DNA from: Octopus sinensis
Taxonomy: Eukaryota
Direction of reading: 5' to 3'
Assembly: GCF_006345805.1 (NCBI RefSeq)
Contig: NC_043008.1
Location: 49,662,001-49,726,000, forward strand
DNA: 64,000 nucleotides
The notes beneath the pieces were generated by a model. The model did no database searches. It was not told where the DNA came from and saw only the letters and a program-made list of their open reading frames with translations. Each line of letters begins with the position of its first letter. The stretch's first letter is position 1. This document shows, in pieces, positions 47,853 to 60,790 of this stretch. The position numbers and the translations under genes were made by a program.

Positions 47853-50776
47853 CTCATTCACACACGCACGCAATCATGCACGCAGTCACGCAAGCACGCA
47901 CGCACGCAGTCACGCACGCAGGCACTCAGACACGAACTCACTCACGCACTCACGCATTCCTGCAGGCATGCACTTACGCCCGCATGCGCTAATGCACGCA
48001 CTCACGCACGCACGCACTCAGACACAAACGCACTCACGCACGCACTCTGACACGAACTCACGCACGCTCGCATCATGACACGAACTAACGCACTCACTCA
48101 CTTACGCACGCATTCACGCACTCTCTCACGCACGTATTCACGCAAGCACACACTCACGCAGGAATTTAAGCAGGCACTTACGCACGCTCTCACACACGAA
48201 CTCACTCACTCATGGACTCACGCGCGAATTCGCTCACGCACTCACGCTCTCACACTCTCACGCACGCACTCAGGCAAACACGTACTCACGTTCGTAAGCA
48301 CTGACGCACTCACGTACACATGCACTCACGCACGCACCTGCGCATGCACTCACGCACGAACTCATTCACGCACGCAAGCAAACACTCATGCACGCAAGCA
48401 AACACTCACGTACGCACTCACGTAAACACTCACGCACACACGCATGCACATATGCACGAACTCACTCACGCAGGCACTCACGCAATCACGCATGCATTCA
48501 GGCAAGCACGTACTTACGCACGCACGCATGCATCCACGCACGCACGCACTCACGCACGCATTCATGCACTGACACACGCACGCACTCTGACACGAACTCA
48601 CGCAATCACGCACGCACGCACTCTGACACGAACACATGCACGCACGGGCGCTCGCACGCACTCACGCACCATGACACGAACTAACACACGCACTCACTTA
48701 CGCACGCATTCACGCACTCCCGCACGCACTCACTCACGTATGTATTCACGCAAGCACACACGCACACACACGCATTCAGACACACACGCACGCACACACT
48801 CACGCATGCACGCACGCACGCATCATGCACTCACACACGCACGCTCGACCGCACGCATTCACGCACGCATTTTCGCACGCATACACCCACGCACGCATAC
48901 ACCCACGCACGCAATCACGCAAACATTCCCGCACACCACGCATCCGTGCATGAATGCACGCACTCACACACGTACGCAAGCATTCACGCACTCACGCACA
49001 AACTCACTCACGCAGGCACTCAAGCACGCACTCTCGCACGCAGGCACTCACGCAGACACACAAGCACGAACTCACTCACGCATGGACTCATGCACGAACT
49101 CACTCACGCACGCACTCACGCGGGCACCTACGCACGCTCTCACACACTCAAGTACGCACTCAGGCAAGCACGTACTCATGCACGCATACACTCACGCATT
49201 CATGCACTCATGCACCCACGCACGCACTCACGCATGCACGCACGCATACACTCAAGCACGAACGCACTCACACATCCATGTACTCACGCACGCACGCATT
49301 CACCCACTCACGCAATTACGCAAACATTCACGCACGCACGCCTGCACTCACGCACGCACTCACGCATCCGTGCACTCACGCACGGACTCACACACGAACT
49401 CACGCACGCACACACGCATGCATTCACGCACGCACGCACTCACACACTCACGCACGACGGCACTCTCGTACTCGCACACGCGCACGGACGCACTCTCGAT
49501 CGCACGCACTTTCGAACGCACTCAATCACTTGCACACGCACTCACGCACGCACGCATTCACGCACGGATTCACGCACTCACTAACTCATGCACGCATACA
49601 CTCATGCACGCAGACACTCAGACACGAACTCACGCACGCACTCATGCACGCATTCCCGCACACATGCACTTACGCACTCAGACACGAACTCACTCATGCA
49701 CGCACTCATTCACGCACTCACACACGCACGGACGCACTCCCGCACGCACGCTGACACGAACTCACGCACGTACACGCGAACGCATTCAAGCAGGCACTCA
49801 CGCAGGCACTCAAGCACGCCCTCACACAGGCACTCACGCACACACAAACGCACTTGCGCACGCAAGCACTCACGCACGCACTCACACACACACACGCACT
49901 CGCGCACGCAGGCACTCACGCGCGCACTCACGCGCGCACTCACGCGCGCACTCACGCACGCACTCACTTACGCATATATTCACGCACGCACACACGCACG
50001 CACTCACGCAGGCACTCAGACACGCACTCTCGCACTCAGACACTCACGCAGACACTAACGTACGCACTCACGCACGCTCTCACATATTCACGCACACACT
50101 CAGGCAAACACGTACTCACGCACGCAAGCAGTCACACACGCACGCATGCACTCACGCATCCATGTACTCACGCACGCACTCACGCACTCACTCTCGCACG
50201 CACTCACTCACGCACGCAAGCACTCACACACGCACGCATGCACTCACGCATCCATGCACTCACGCACGCACTCGCACACACACGCACTCACTCAAGCGCG
50301 CACTCACGCACGCACGCATTCACGCACGCACTCACGCACGATCTCACACACTCAGGCAAGTACGTACTCATGCACGCACGCACTCACACACGCTCGCACG
50401 CACTCACGCACTCACTCTCGCACGCACGTACTCACGCACTCACGCACGCAAGCACTCACACACGCACGCACGCATGCACTCACGCACGCACTCACGCTCG
50501 AACACACGCACTCACTCACGCACGCATTCGCGCACTCACTCTCGCACGCACGTACTCACGCACGTACTCACGCACGCACTCACTCACGCACGCTCTCACT
50601 CACGCGCGCACACACTCACGCACGCATGCATTCACTTACGCACGGACGCACGCACTCACACACGCACGAACTCACGCACTCCCGCACGCACTCGCGCTCA
50701 CACACACGCACTAAGACACACACTCACGCAGGCACTCACGCACCCACTCACGCACCTACTAACGCATGCACACACG
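47853..50776. repeat. 2.9-kb degenerate (CACG/CACT)n CpG-rich satellite
   Basis: Continuous gcac/tcac/acgc tetramers with interspersed higher-order motifs. Confidence 0.95.
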
Positions 50777-50789
50777 TTTATGTATATAT

Positions 50790-51975
50790 ATACAGGAATT
50801 CCTAAAAGTCTATTCCCAATTTAACACAATTTTCATTTCAAATTTAACCCATTAAATATTGTGTGAGCCCAGACTAAGCTTTGAACAAAAATTAATTTCT
50901 TCCACGATAATACTGGAAGTTTGGGAGCGTGTTTTAAAAAGGGTTCACTACATGACTTACTACCATTAAAGATGAGTTTTGAAGCCAATGGGTCTGTTCA
51001 GAATGTCCACAAGAAATATTCCAGAAGACTATAGACATTACTGAGTCACACAAAGCAAGAAAGTGCACTAGAAACATATTGCCAGAATATAAGAAAATCT
51101 CTGGCAAGCAAGTCATGAGACGTTTGTTTCAAAATCAAGTGTTCATCACATTTTCAAGTGCTGTCAGTGGAAATGTTACATTCCAAGAATAGTCCATGTT
51201 CTCAATGAAGATGACCCAGAGCAAAGAGTGGAGTTTTATGAGCAGTGCTTTGTAAGATGTGTATGAGCTGCACATTTCCAACAAAGATTGTTTAGAGTGA
51301 TGAGGCTACATTTCAATTAAATGGCCTAATTAACAACCATAATTGCTCCTACATATATTATAGAAAAATATCATCTTAACTTACTTGAAAGTGAAGTATG
51401 GTGCAATTTATCAGGAAAAGGGTTAATTGGACCATTCGTTTTTGATCATACTGTGACTCATCCCATTTACTTGAACTTGGTGTGGCAATATATCATGCTA
51501 AGCACTCAAGTGGACTTTGAAGATGCTTTATTTTCATCAAAATGAGTCACTTCAACACTTCCATAGTTATATAAGAGCCTACTGGGATGACATTCTGTCA
51601 AACAGGTGGATTGGAAGAGGAGGTTCTGTAGAATATCTTCTACATTCACCAGACCCTACTCCACTTGACATTTTCTTAAGGGGATACTTAAAAGATAATG
51701 TCTACAATACAAAATTAGCAGCCGTTGATAACCTGAGACTAGACATTGAACAAAATTGTACAGAAATACCAAATGAAATGTATTTTTGATACGTTGCAAC
51801 TTCATAGCTCCAAGTTATCAGCAGTGCCTGGGGCAGAATGGTCATCATTTTGAGAACAGGCATTCATAAAAAAATTAAATATTTGAATTCTATGCATCTT
51901 TTTCCTTAAGTTTCCTTATTTTCAAATTTCAGATACTGCTTTGAATTATTACAAAATGGTCAACTCCCTTGTAAT
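50790..51975 (+). mobile_element. Tc1/Tc3-like DNA transposon relic (DUF4817-HTH type), degenerate
   Basis: NRWIGRGG...SPDPTPLDIFLRGYLKDNVY motif; starts TACAGG after (TA)n. TIRs were not resolved. Confidence 0.75.
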
Positions 51976-52033
51976 AGCTGCACCAATTACAAGGACCACA
52001 TATGTTTCATTTAGTAGTTGAATGAAATCTTAC

Positions 52034-52127
52034 TTTTCTGTAGTTTACACGAATATTTAGCTGGGATTGTCTTATGTATGTTAACACAACCATATTTTTC
52101 TCCTGTAGGTATTCTTGTCATGACAAT
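52034..52127 (-). CDS. Uncharacterised membrane protein, short exon of module B (IVMTRIPTGEKYGCVNIHKTIPAKYSCKLQK)
   Basis: aatttttcag acceptor and A|gtaaga donor, 94 nt, phase 0 to 1, two Cys. Confidence 0.72.
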
Positions 52128-52967
52128 CTGAAAAATTATGAGACAATTTTAAGCTGATTAGTTTTATTGTATATTTAAATTAACACAAATTGATAAAAGG
52201 GCAGTTTTTGATAGATTGATAGAAGGGCAGTTTTTATCTCTACGTGTCTGGTCCACTCATTTTATTTGTGTGAGATATGCACATGCATACACATCCTGTA
52301 ACATATACACATTTAGACACATGTACACACACATTTACATGCATGCACAGTGAGGACACTAACTGTGAATAATAACCTTCTTAGATTGTGATATACCCAT
52401 CCAACCCATTCCAGCCTCGAAAGAGGAGATAAAATGACGATGATGATGATGATGATGACGACCACGACAATGGCGATGGTTATCGTGGTGTTGGGATGGG
52501 GAGGAGGAAGAGGAGGAGGGGAGGGCGGAGGAGGACGAGGAGGATTGTAATATATTTTCATACACACTCACAAACAAACACAAACACACCTCAAACACAT
52601 ACACACTGATACCCACACAAAATAATTACTCCAGTTAATGAGGGCAGCCTCTTTGTGATTGGTTGACTTTGTCAAAACAAATATCAAATCTCCTTTAAAT
52701 CACATTGTACTGTCTTAGAAAAGTGCACACTGAATAAAGTTCTTGAGTGCATGCATCTGAGAAACTAGCATGGTGGTCATAGTTGGAATGTATTTGAGTC
52801 TGGGTCCACTGAATCAAGACTGATCAGGACTTTAACAATGATAATAAATAAATTGTTATTAGGAAACAGAATTCAAAAAGGTAAAAATTCTTTGAATATG
52901 TCAAAATATTTGCTACTGTTTTCTTAAAATAAAAAGCAAACATAGAAATCAAGGAGAAAATTCTTAC

Positions 52968-53200
52968 TTTGGATATGTCAAAAGAATTGTTACTGTCTTT
53001 AAAGTATATTTCAGCCTCACCAATGCCTATTTTTCCTATATTAGTAAAAGCAGAGAATGTCGGGAGATAAGCTAACTTTTTGAATGTTAAACTTTGTGAA
53101 GAATTTGTTCCACTGCCAGTCACTCCAACAGATATCTTTATTTCTTCTATATTTTTAATTAGTTTGGATAGAGAGCTTAGTTCTATTTTCCACTCAAGAT
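52968..53200 (-). CDS. Uncharacterised membrane protein, long exon of module B (DLEWKIELSS...SNNSFDISK)
   Basis: tttcttctttag acceptor and AAA|gtaaga donor, 233 nt, phase 1 to 0, open. Confidence 0.72.
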
Positions 53201-54036
53201 CTAAAGAAGAAACGAGAAAATGAAAAGAGCATTGAAAAAATTAAATAGTAGCTGTGATACATTAACAAAAGAAATGTGCTGCAAGAAAAATGATGACTTA
53301 TTTGACATTTAGAGATTTGAGTTATTCGTCAGCAGAAAACGACTGATTTTCTTAACATTAACCTTTGTGTCTTCATGTTTCTGTTGAAATATGTTTTGCC
53401 ATATTTCTCTGTTACCAAATATTGTTATATTTCTGCTTAAATATGTTTTACCATATTTCTGTGGTACCATAATTCTGTTGAAATATGTTTGGTTTCGTTT
53501 AATTTTGAGAACAATGAAAAATTTAATAAGTAACTTTGTCGTTATTAAGCTGATGTTTGGAAAATAAATTAACATGGAATTTTAATGAAAGGTTGCCATT
53601 AAGAACACTTTAAGACAAGGAATTTATATCATAGAACTAGGGTTTGTTTTAGGCTGGTTGGTATCAAAAGGGTTAAGAAATAAGGGAATGGTAGTTGTAA
53701 CATTTGTACTTGTATTATGTTTAATGAGTTGAATAAGTAATAAAAGAAAGAATTATCATCAACAATGTTTACTAATGGGACTAAACATTTTTAATATAGA
53801 ATTTGTTGTATGTACATTATGTATGTGAATCAAGAAATAGTGAAACTGTCAAAAAATAACAGCAGGAATACCTCATAAATCAAATCATAATTGCGTGTTA
53901 CAATAAGAATAATCTCTTGGAGAGAATAATCTCTTTTTTTATCATTAACATCTTGTAAAAGCCACACAGGCAGCAAGGTAGAACTACTTCATAGTTTCTA
54001 ATGAAGTGACATAAGAAATGCCTTCTCTCAACTTAC

Positions 54037-54130
54037 CACTTCTCAATGAACACTCATGGTAAGGATTACTTTGTTTAAGAAGATAAATACAGAAATATAT
54101 TTTGAAAGTTTCCATGTTTTTCAATTTGAT
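54037..54130 (-). CDS. Uncharacterised membrane protein, short exon of module A (IKLKNMETFKIYFCIYLLKQSNPYHECSLRS)
   Basis: ttttactttag acceptor and G|gtaagt donor, 94 nt, phase 0 to 1, two Cys. Confidence 0.72.
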
Positions 54131-55055
54131 CTAAAGTAAAAGAAAAAAGCAACAAAATTATGTCTCAGGAATTATATAGGTTTAGACAGGTGTCATTTTG
54201 TTCTGGATCCAGTAATTAAACGGATGAGAAATAATTAACTTATCCATCCACTCAGCAATTCTACCTCTACAAATATTGATAGCTTTATAAATAGTCAACA
54301 AGGCCATGTTTTCAGCAGCTGAGCAACAGATGATGGTAGCAGAGAAGGAAACTGGTCTTGTCATCTTAGTATATTCATCTTGAAAATATTATTCTATTCT
54401 AAATCATAAATTCATGTAGAACTGAATGTAGAAATAGAGAAAACACTAAGTGACAGTTAGGTAAAGAGAAGAAAGAAAAAATGTTGACTGTTAGGAAGGA
54501 TGAGGTCATTGTAGGTAGGATAGGGAACAGATAGTTCCAGTAGCATCTTTCATAACACAGAATAAACAGCAAAAAGGATAAATGGTAAACTTAGGCCTGG
54601 CATGAAGTGAACACAGAACAGTGATGTTAAGTCATTCATCCAAACTATCTGCTTTCTAGAAGAGGAAAGAATAATCATCAATGCACAGCAGTGCGTTTTA
54701 CTGAATTATGTGTGGGCATACATGTATGTAACTTATTTTATTTACTCAAATCCAGAAACCCTAAAAACAAGTAATAAATTGGTTTCAAATTTTGGAACAA
54801 GTTGAGTAAGTTTGTGGGAGGGGATAAGTTGAGACATTGAACCCCAGTGTTTAAATGGTATTTCTGACACTGAAAGAATGAAAGACAGAATTTGTATTCT
54901 GAATGTAAAGATGGATGAAATGCCACTAAACAGCTAATGATTCTACCAGTCTGTCACGTTGAAAACAAGTAGTATATTGGAGTTGAGTCAAGCAGTTATA
55001 CTCTTTTCTAATTGAATAACTAACTAATTCAATAATTAATATAGGGTTTACTCAC

Positions 55056-55261
55056 AGTCTTGTCCAGCCAAAATTTTCCTGTTGTCGATAACTCTAGTCT
55101 TGACTTTGTATTCATTTTCGTTGGAAGAAAGAACGGTGCATTTGTTGTTTTAGAATTTGCTCTAAACTTTAAGTAGTTTTTATCATAAGGCTTTATTTCA
55201 AAAGAATATTCGTAATTGTCATACGTCTTACTATGTATAACTGACATGTTCCAGTGTACCC
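55056..55261 (-). CDS. Uncharacterised membrane protein, long exon of module A (GVHWNMSVIHS...GKFWLDKT)
   Basis: ttactttctag acceptor and ACT|gtgagt donor, 206 nt, phase 1 to 0, open. Confidence 0.72.
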
Positions 55262-55451
55262 CTAGAAAGTAACAGAACAAATTTGCCCATCAGTGAAAAC
55301 ATTTCAAAATAAATGATCATAACACAATAATTGTTTTATAAGAAGAGCGGATTTAAAATGAAATTATTAGAATATGATTGAAAGCCATTTACTTTCTCTG
55401 CTCTTCCAATACAGATTAGGACACTTCTTTTCATGTGGAAAATGCTCAAAG

Positions 55452-57105
55452 GATGGGTCCACCAAGGTTCAGTCCTCAGCCCCCTCCTATTTATCATAGT
55501 CCTCTAGGCAATAACAGATGAACTCAAGACAGGATGCACCTGGGAGCTCCTCTGTGCTGATGACCTTGCTCTAATTGCTGAGTTTCTATCAGAACTAGAG
55601 GAGCAGTTTCAGGTGTGGAAGCAAGAATTAGAATCGAAGGGCTTTAGAGTCAACCTAGCTAAAACCAAAGTCCTAATAAATAGGAAGGCAGACAAACCAC
55701 AAATCCCTTCAGGTAGATGGCCCTGCTTGATCTGTAGTAAAGGCATAGGTAGAAACTCTATAAGATGTACCCAGTGTAAGCTATGGATACATAAGAAGTG
55801 CAGCAATATCAAAGGAAGGCTAACTGGGAAGATAGTTTTTGTATGTAGCAGATTCTCAGGAGCAATAAACCCTGAAAATGTGCAGAGAGCAACTTCTGCC
55901 ACATTCCAGGGAGAAAAACTAGAAGTAGTTGATAGCTTCCATTACCTAGGTGACCAAGTCAGTAGTGGGGGTGGGTGCTCTGAAAGTGTAGCTGCTAGAA
56001 TAAGAATAGCCTGAGCAAAGTTCAGAGAGGTCCTACCTCTGCTGGTGACAAACGGCCTCTTGCTCAGAGTAAAAGGTAGACTGTATGACGCATGTGTACA
56101 AACAGTCATGCTTCACGGCAGTGAAACATGGGACGTGACTGCTGAGGACATGCGTAAGCTTGTAAGGAATGAAGCCAGTATGGTCCGATGGATGTGTAAT
56201 GTCAATGTACATATTAGACAGAGTGTAAGTGCCTTGAGAGAAAAGTTGGACCTAAGAAGCATCAGATGTAGCATGCAAGAGAGATGACTGCACTGGTATG
56301 GTCATGTGGTGAGAATGGATGAGGATAGCTGTGTGAAAAATGCCACACCCTAGCAGTTGAGGGAAACTGTGGAACCTGAGGAAGACCTAGGATGAGGTGG
56401 TGAAGCATGACATTTGAACATTAGGTTTCACCGAGGCAATGACTACTGACTGAGACCTTTGGAAATATACTGTGCTTGAGAAGAACCAGCAAGCCAAGTG
56501 AGACCATAACCTGTGGCCTATGCCAGGAGTGTAACCAGCCCACTTATGCATACCTTTCCTTCATTGGACACTAAACTCTGCTTGTGAAGACCTGTTGAGG
56601 CAAGTAAAATCAAAATCAAATTCGATGACAGCACCGCATGACTGGCATCCATGCTAGTGGAGCGCTAAGAGCACCATCCGAGCATGATCGTTGTCAGGGC
56701 TGCTGACTGGCTCCCATGCCGGTGGCACGTAAAAAGCAGCATTTGAGCGTGATCGTTACCAGCATCGCCTTACTGGTACTTGTGCCGGTGGCAAATGCAA
56801 AACAATATTCAAGCGAGGTCGTAACCAGTGCTGCTGGACTGGCTCCTGTGCAGGTGGCACATAATAAACACCATTTGAGCATGGCCATTGCCAGAACCAC
56901 CTGACTCACCCTCATGCTGGTAGCACATAAAAGCACCCACTACACTCCTAGAGTGGCTGGCATTAGGAACGGCATCCAGCTGTTGAAATTCTGTCAGATC
57001 AGATTGCAGCCGGGTGTAGCCATCTGGCTCACAAGCCCTCAGTCAAATCGTCTAACCCATGCCAGCATAGAAAGTGGTCGTTAAACAATGATGATGATGA
57101 TGATG
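55452..57105 (+). mobile_element. RTE-clade LINE, 5'-truncated, degenerate
   Basis: Colinear with the 43662 copy (HQGSVLSP to 3' UTR) and ends in a (GAT)n tail. Confidence 0.92.
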
Positions 57106-57363
57106 AACGGCGAACTATATATGTAAAGAAGGTTAATGTCTTATAACAGGTCTTCCCAAATTTTATTAAACTGTAACCCCTTTTCTTTCATTAACACTTC
57201 ATCATACCCCTTTCTATGATTCAATGCTCTCTTGCTAAGATTTAACCACCCCATCTTTAATGTACATATACTTAATATTAAGCTAGACTAATAAAGCTCC
57301 AAATAGATTTATGGTCAAAGGTGATTACTTGAACTTTTAGTACATCACTTCAGTCACACTTGT

Positions 57364-60300
57364 ATAATAATAATAATATTGTGTACAGTGCTCAGGTGCA
57401 CTACAACTCATCTAAAGTGTATATATAATCAGGTGTAGTTTCGGCGGATTTCGGAAAGCATGAGGGCCTTAAAAGATGCAGTGTCATGGCAGTCAACAAC
57501 TGACGCAGGCAGTTTATTCCATGCTTCAGCAACTCTGAGCGTGAAAAAATGTTTCCGAAAGTCATGGGAGCTGTATTGTTTTCTGACTTTGTAGGCATGT
57601 CCACGTGTGTTAGACACATGAAGATCAAAAAGGTGTTCAGTGTTGTTGTTGGTGAGGTGGTTGATAACTTTGTGGGTGTTTACCAAGTCCGTCGCCAAAC
57701 GCCGGAGCTTCAGTGAATCCATGCCCAGGGAAACAAGGCGCTCAGAATATGGTAGGTGTCTGATGGAGGGTATGCGTTTGGTTGCACGTCTCTGGACAGA
57801 TTCCAGGAGGTCAATGTTCTGTGCAAGATAGGGGTTCCAAACTGATGATGCGAATTCCAAGTGTGGTCGTACCATAGCTGTATACAGTTTTAAATAGATG
57901 GCTGGAGAGCGGCTAACAAAAGACCTGCTGAGTGATGCCAAGACACCCTCGGCCTTCCTGACAATCTTAGAGATATGCTTTGACCAACGCAAATCACTGC
58001 TGACAGTGATGCCTAGGTCACGCTCGCAAGAGGATTTCTTGATATCAGTGTTGTGGAGGGAGTAAGTGAACGCAGGGTTTTTTCTCCCAAAATGCATGGT
58101 GGTACACTTGTCCACAGCCAGTTTCAGTTGCCAGTCTGTGATCCATTGCTGCATTGTGTCTAGGTCTGATTGCAGGAAAGAGTTGTAGACATCAGGATCT
58201 GTCCTCTTGATTTCAAGGTACAGCTTGATGTCGTCTGCATATTTCAATACTATGGCATTCTTTAAATTGGCATCTATGTCGTTAATGTATGCCACAAACA
58301 AGAGGGGACCAAGGACAGATCCCTGTGGTACACCCGATGACATCTCATATGGTGTAGAGTGCTGTCCTAGAACTGTGACTACCTCCTTTCGGCTGAGGAT
58401 GAAGGATTTCAACCAGTTAAAAAGGTCATCCCCAACACCCATTGCAGAGAGTTTCACCATAAGCCTTTTGTGTGGCACAGAGTTGAAAGCCTTAGCAAAG
58501 TCAAGGTAGACAACATCCACCCATGAGCCACTGTCAGTAATCTGAGTAATGTCCTCAAGGAACTCGACAAGCTGGTCACTGCAGCTGGAGTTAGGGACAA
58601 ATCCATATTGTGAGGGTTGGATGAGACTGTGAGAGCTCCAGAAGTTCCAGAGTGTTTCTCTGACACACGATTCCATCAGTTTTGCAATACAGCTAGTGAG
58701 ACTGACTGGGCGATAGTTGACAGGTGATGTGCGGTCGCCCTTTTTGAACAGAGGAATGACACTGGCAGTTTTCCACTGCTCCGGAGTAGCACCATTGTTG
58801 AGACAGTACTGGAAGAAAATAGAAAGCTGGTGTAAAAGGAAGTGCCTGCCACGTTTGAGAAGCAGGTATGTAACTCCATCGAGACCAGGGGAGGCATAGT
58901 TGCGCTTATTTTGAAGGTGACGTCGCAGCATTGCAGGTGTAAATTCCATAGTTGTTATGGAGTTTGCTGTTAGTGATGGTGAAGATGGTACATTTTGACT
59001 TTCAACAGTGAATATGTTTGCATAGTACTCGGCAATGAGTTCTGCGCATTCCTTGGGGTCGTCAGTGATCTGGTTTGTGTGAGGGTTGCGAAGAGGGCCC
59101 ACTGGAGAGTGAGGTCTCTGCTTTGAGTGCATATTTCCAGAAAACCTTGCTGTCAGGATTGGCTGCTATGCACTGTTCAAATTCAAGCACTGCTTTTTTT
59201 GTCACTTGCTTGCTTGAGATGGTTGGAGGATTTATTCCGCTTCTTCCTGTTGGTGTCTGATTTATGCAACCTGTATTCCCGTTCAGCAGTCCGACGTTCC
59301 CTCCTGGCAAGTCGGACCGCTGAAGTTTCCCAAATTGCCCTTTTGGGGCGGTTCTTCTTTTTTGTTTACGTGGCACAGATGCTGCACATGCTGCCCATAT
59401 TGAGTCCAGGATACTGGAGTATAGTATTCACATCTCCAGAGTTGTAGAATTCACGCCAGTTTGGGTGCTGTAGTTCAGTGTGGTACAGGTTCCAATCTGC
59501 TCTCTTCCAATCGAAGGAAGCAGATTGTAGATGGTTCAGGTTTTCGTTGCCCGCAAGAGCCAGATTGGCGATGATCATAGCATGATCAGAGTCACCTAGA
59601 GGTTCCTCCGTAGTGCAATTGATAACCGCTTCAGGAGTTGTGGTGAAGAGCAGGTCCAAGGTGTTGTCGCCTCTTGTTGGAGAGGTGACTACTTGTGACC
59701 AGTTTGAGTCCAGCACAAGCTCAACAAAATCGTTTGCACTCTGTGGCCAATGGAAGGTCTCCCAATCGATCTCAGGATGATTGAAATCGCCTGCAATAAA
59801 CACATAAGTGGCTGTTTTCCTGGCAGCAGCTCGGAGGACATTGCAAAGCTGTGTGTCCCGATGGTAACTTGGGGGACGATAAACAACGCCAAGCAGGAGT
59901 GTTGACATGGTCATACACACGTCACAAAAAAAAACTTCTTGTGATTCGTTCAAATCGGCACAAGGAATTACCAAAAAATTTGAACGAACGTAGACCATCA
60001 CACCACCACCACGGCGGTTAGTGCGGTCCTTACGGAAGAGGTTGTACCCCGTAATGTTGAAAACCCCATCACAGAGTAAGGAATGCGCCCATGTTTCCGT
60101 GACAGTGATGAAGTCAGGGTCAACACTTCTGACGTAGGCGTTGAACAAATGTATTTTGTTGCATAAACTGCGAGCATTTAAGGACAACAATTTGTACCCT
60201 GCTCGCAGTTTATGATGGTGTGTAGAGGATGGCAGGTTGTTCTGGCTTAGTTTCCCTGAGTTGCTGTAGTCTTTTTAGTTATTGTGGGTAGAGAGCACTC

Positions 60301-60420
60301 AGACCAGCTGGTATCTCTCTTCCACGTTTCAGCAGTCTTGACAAATCTCCAGATTTGTCCATCTTCCCGAAGACTGAAGCTTTCCTGTAGAGCTGAGTTC
60401 CTATTCAGGGAAGCCACTAA
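57364..60420 (-). mobile_element. CR1-clade LINE, 5'-truncated in ORF1: ORF1 C-terminus, APE endonuclease (59366-60190), RT (57429-59132); frameshifts in the linker
   Basis: EN motifs NARSL.NK, VTETW, GDFNHP, LDL and SDH. RT motifs YRPVSL, QYGF, YLDFAKAF, GVPQGSVLGP and YADD. CR1-type C-terminus TRGH...FF..RV..WN.LP. (ATT)n tail at 57364-57378. Confidence 0.93.
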
Positions 60421-60790
60421 AATAATGAAATTATTGTATACAGTGCTCAGGTGCACCGCAACTTGTCAGAAAGTGCATATAAAGTACATGCAGTAATGTA
60501 AAAATGTCTGGAAAGTGAACAATGTATGAGTCAGATACATGCTTGTGTGTGTATGGAGGGCAGAAAATCAGGTGTAGTGTTGGCAAATATCAGATAGCAT
60601 GGAAATTTTGAAGGATGCAGTGCTCTGACAACTAACAACTGATGCTGGCAGTTTGTTCCATGCTTCAGCAACTCTCAGCGTGAAAAAATGTTTCCTGAAG
60701 TCATGGGAGCTGTGCTGTTTTCTGACTTTGTAAATATGTCCACAGGTATTAGACAGGTGGAGTTTGAAAAGGTGCTCAGAGTTATTGTTT
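60421..60790 (-). mobile_element. 3' fragment of a related CR1 element directly abutting the 5' end of the long copy
   Basis: 60433-60455 and 60567-60750 align with 57378-57620; this copy has a ~90-nt longer 3' UTR. Confidence 0.85.

Noticed and set aside
48320-50824. 834-aa ORF and overlapping 200-290-aa ORFs
   Set aside because: These are stop-poor by-products of the CACG/CACT satellite: all three + frames are open, the His/Thr/Ala/Arg content is low-complexity, and the region is an intron of the opposite-strand gene.
53309-53575. 88-aa minus-strand ORF
   Set aside because: It is explained by a local AT-rich triplication (aaacatattt..cagaa); no consistent splice phases.
54182-54370. 60-aa minus-strand ORF as a receptor exon
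   Set aside because: The acceptor is weak, and the 54037-54130 exon already supplies the required phase 0-to-1 link with strong sites.
57429-60190. CR1 as an active autonomous element
   Set aside because: The 5' end is truncated and there are several frameshifts between the EN and RT domains (~59130-59400), even though the RT frame is intact.
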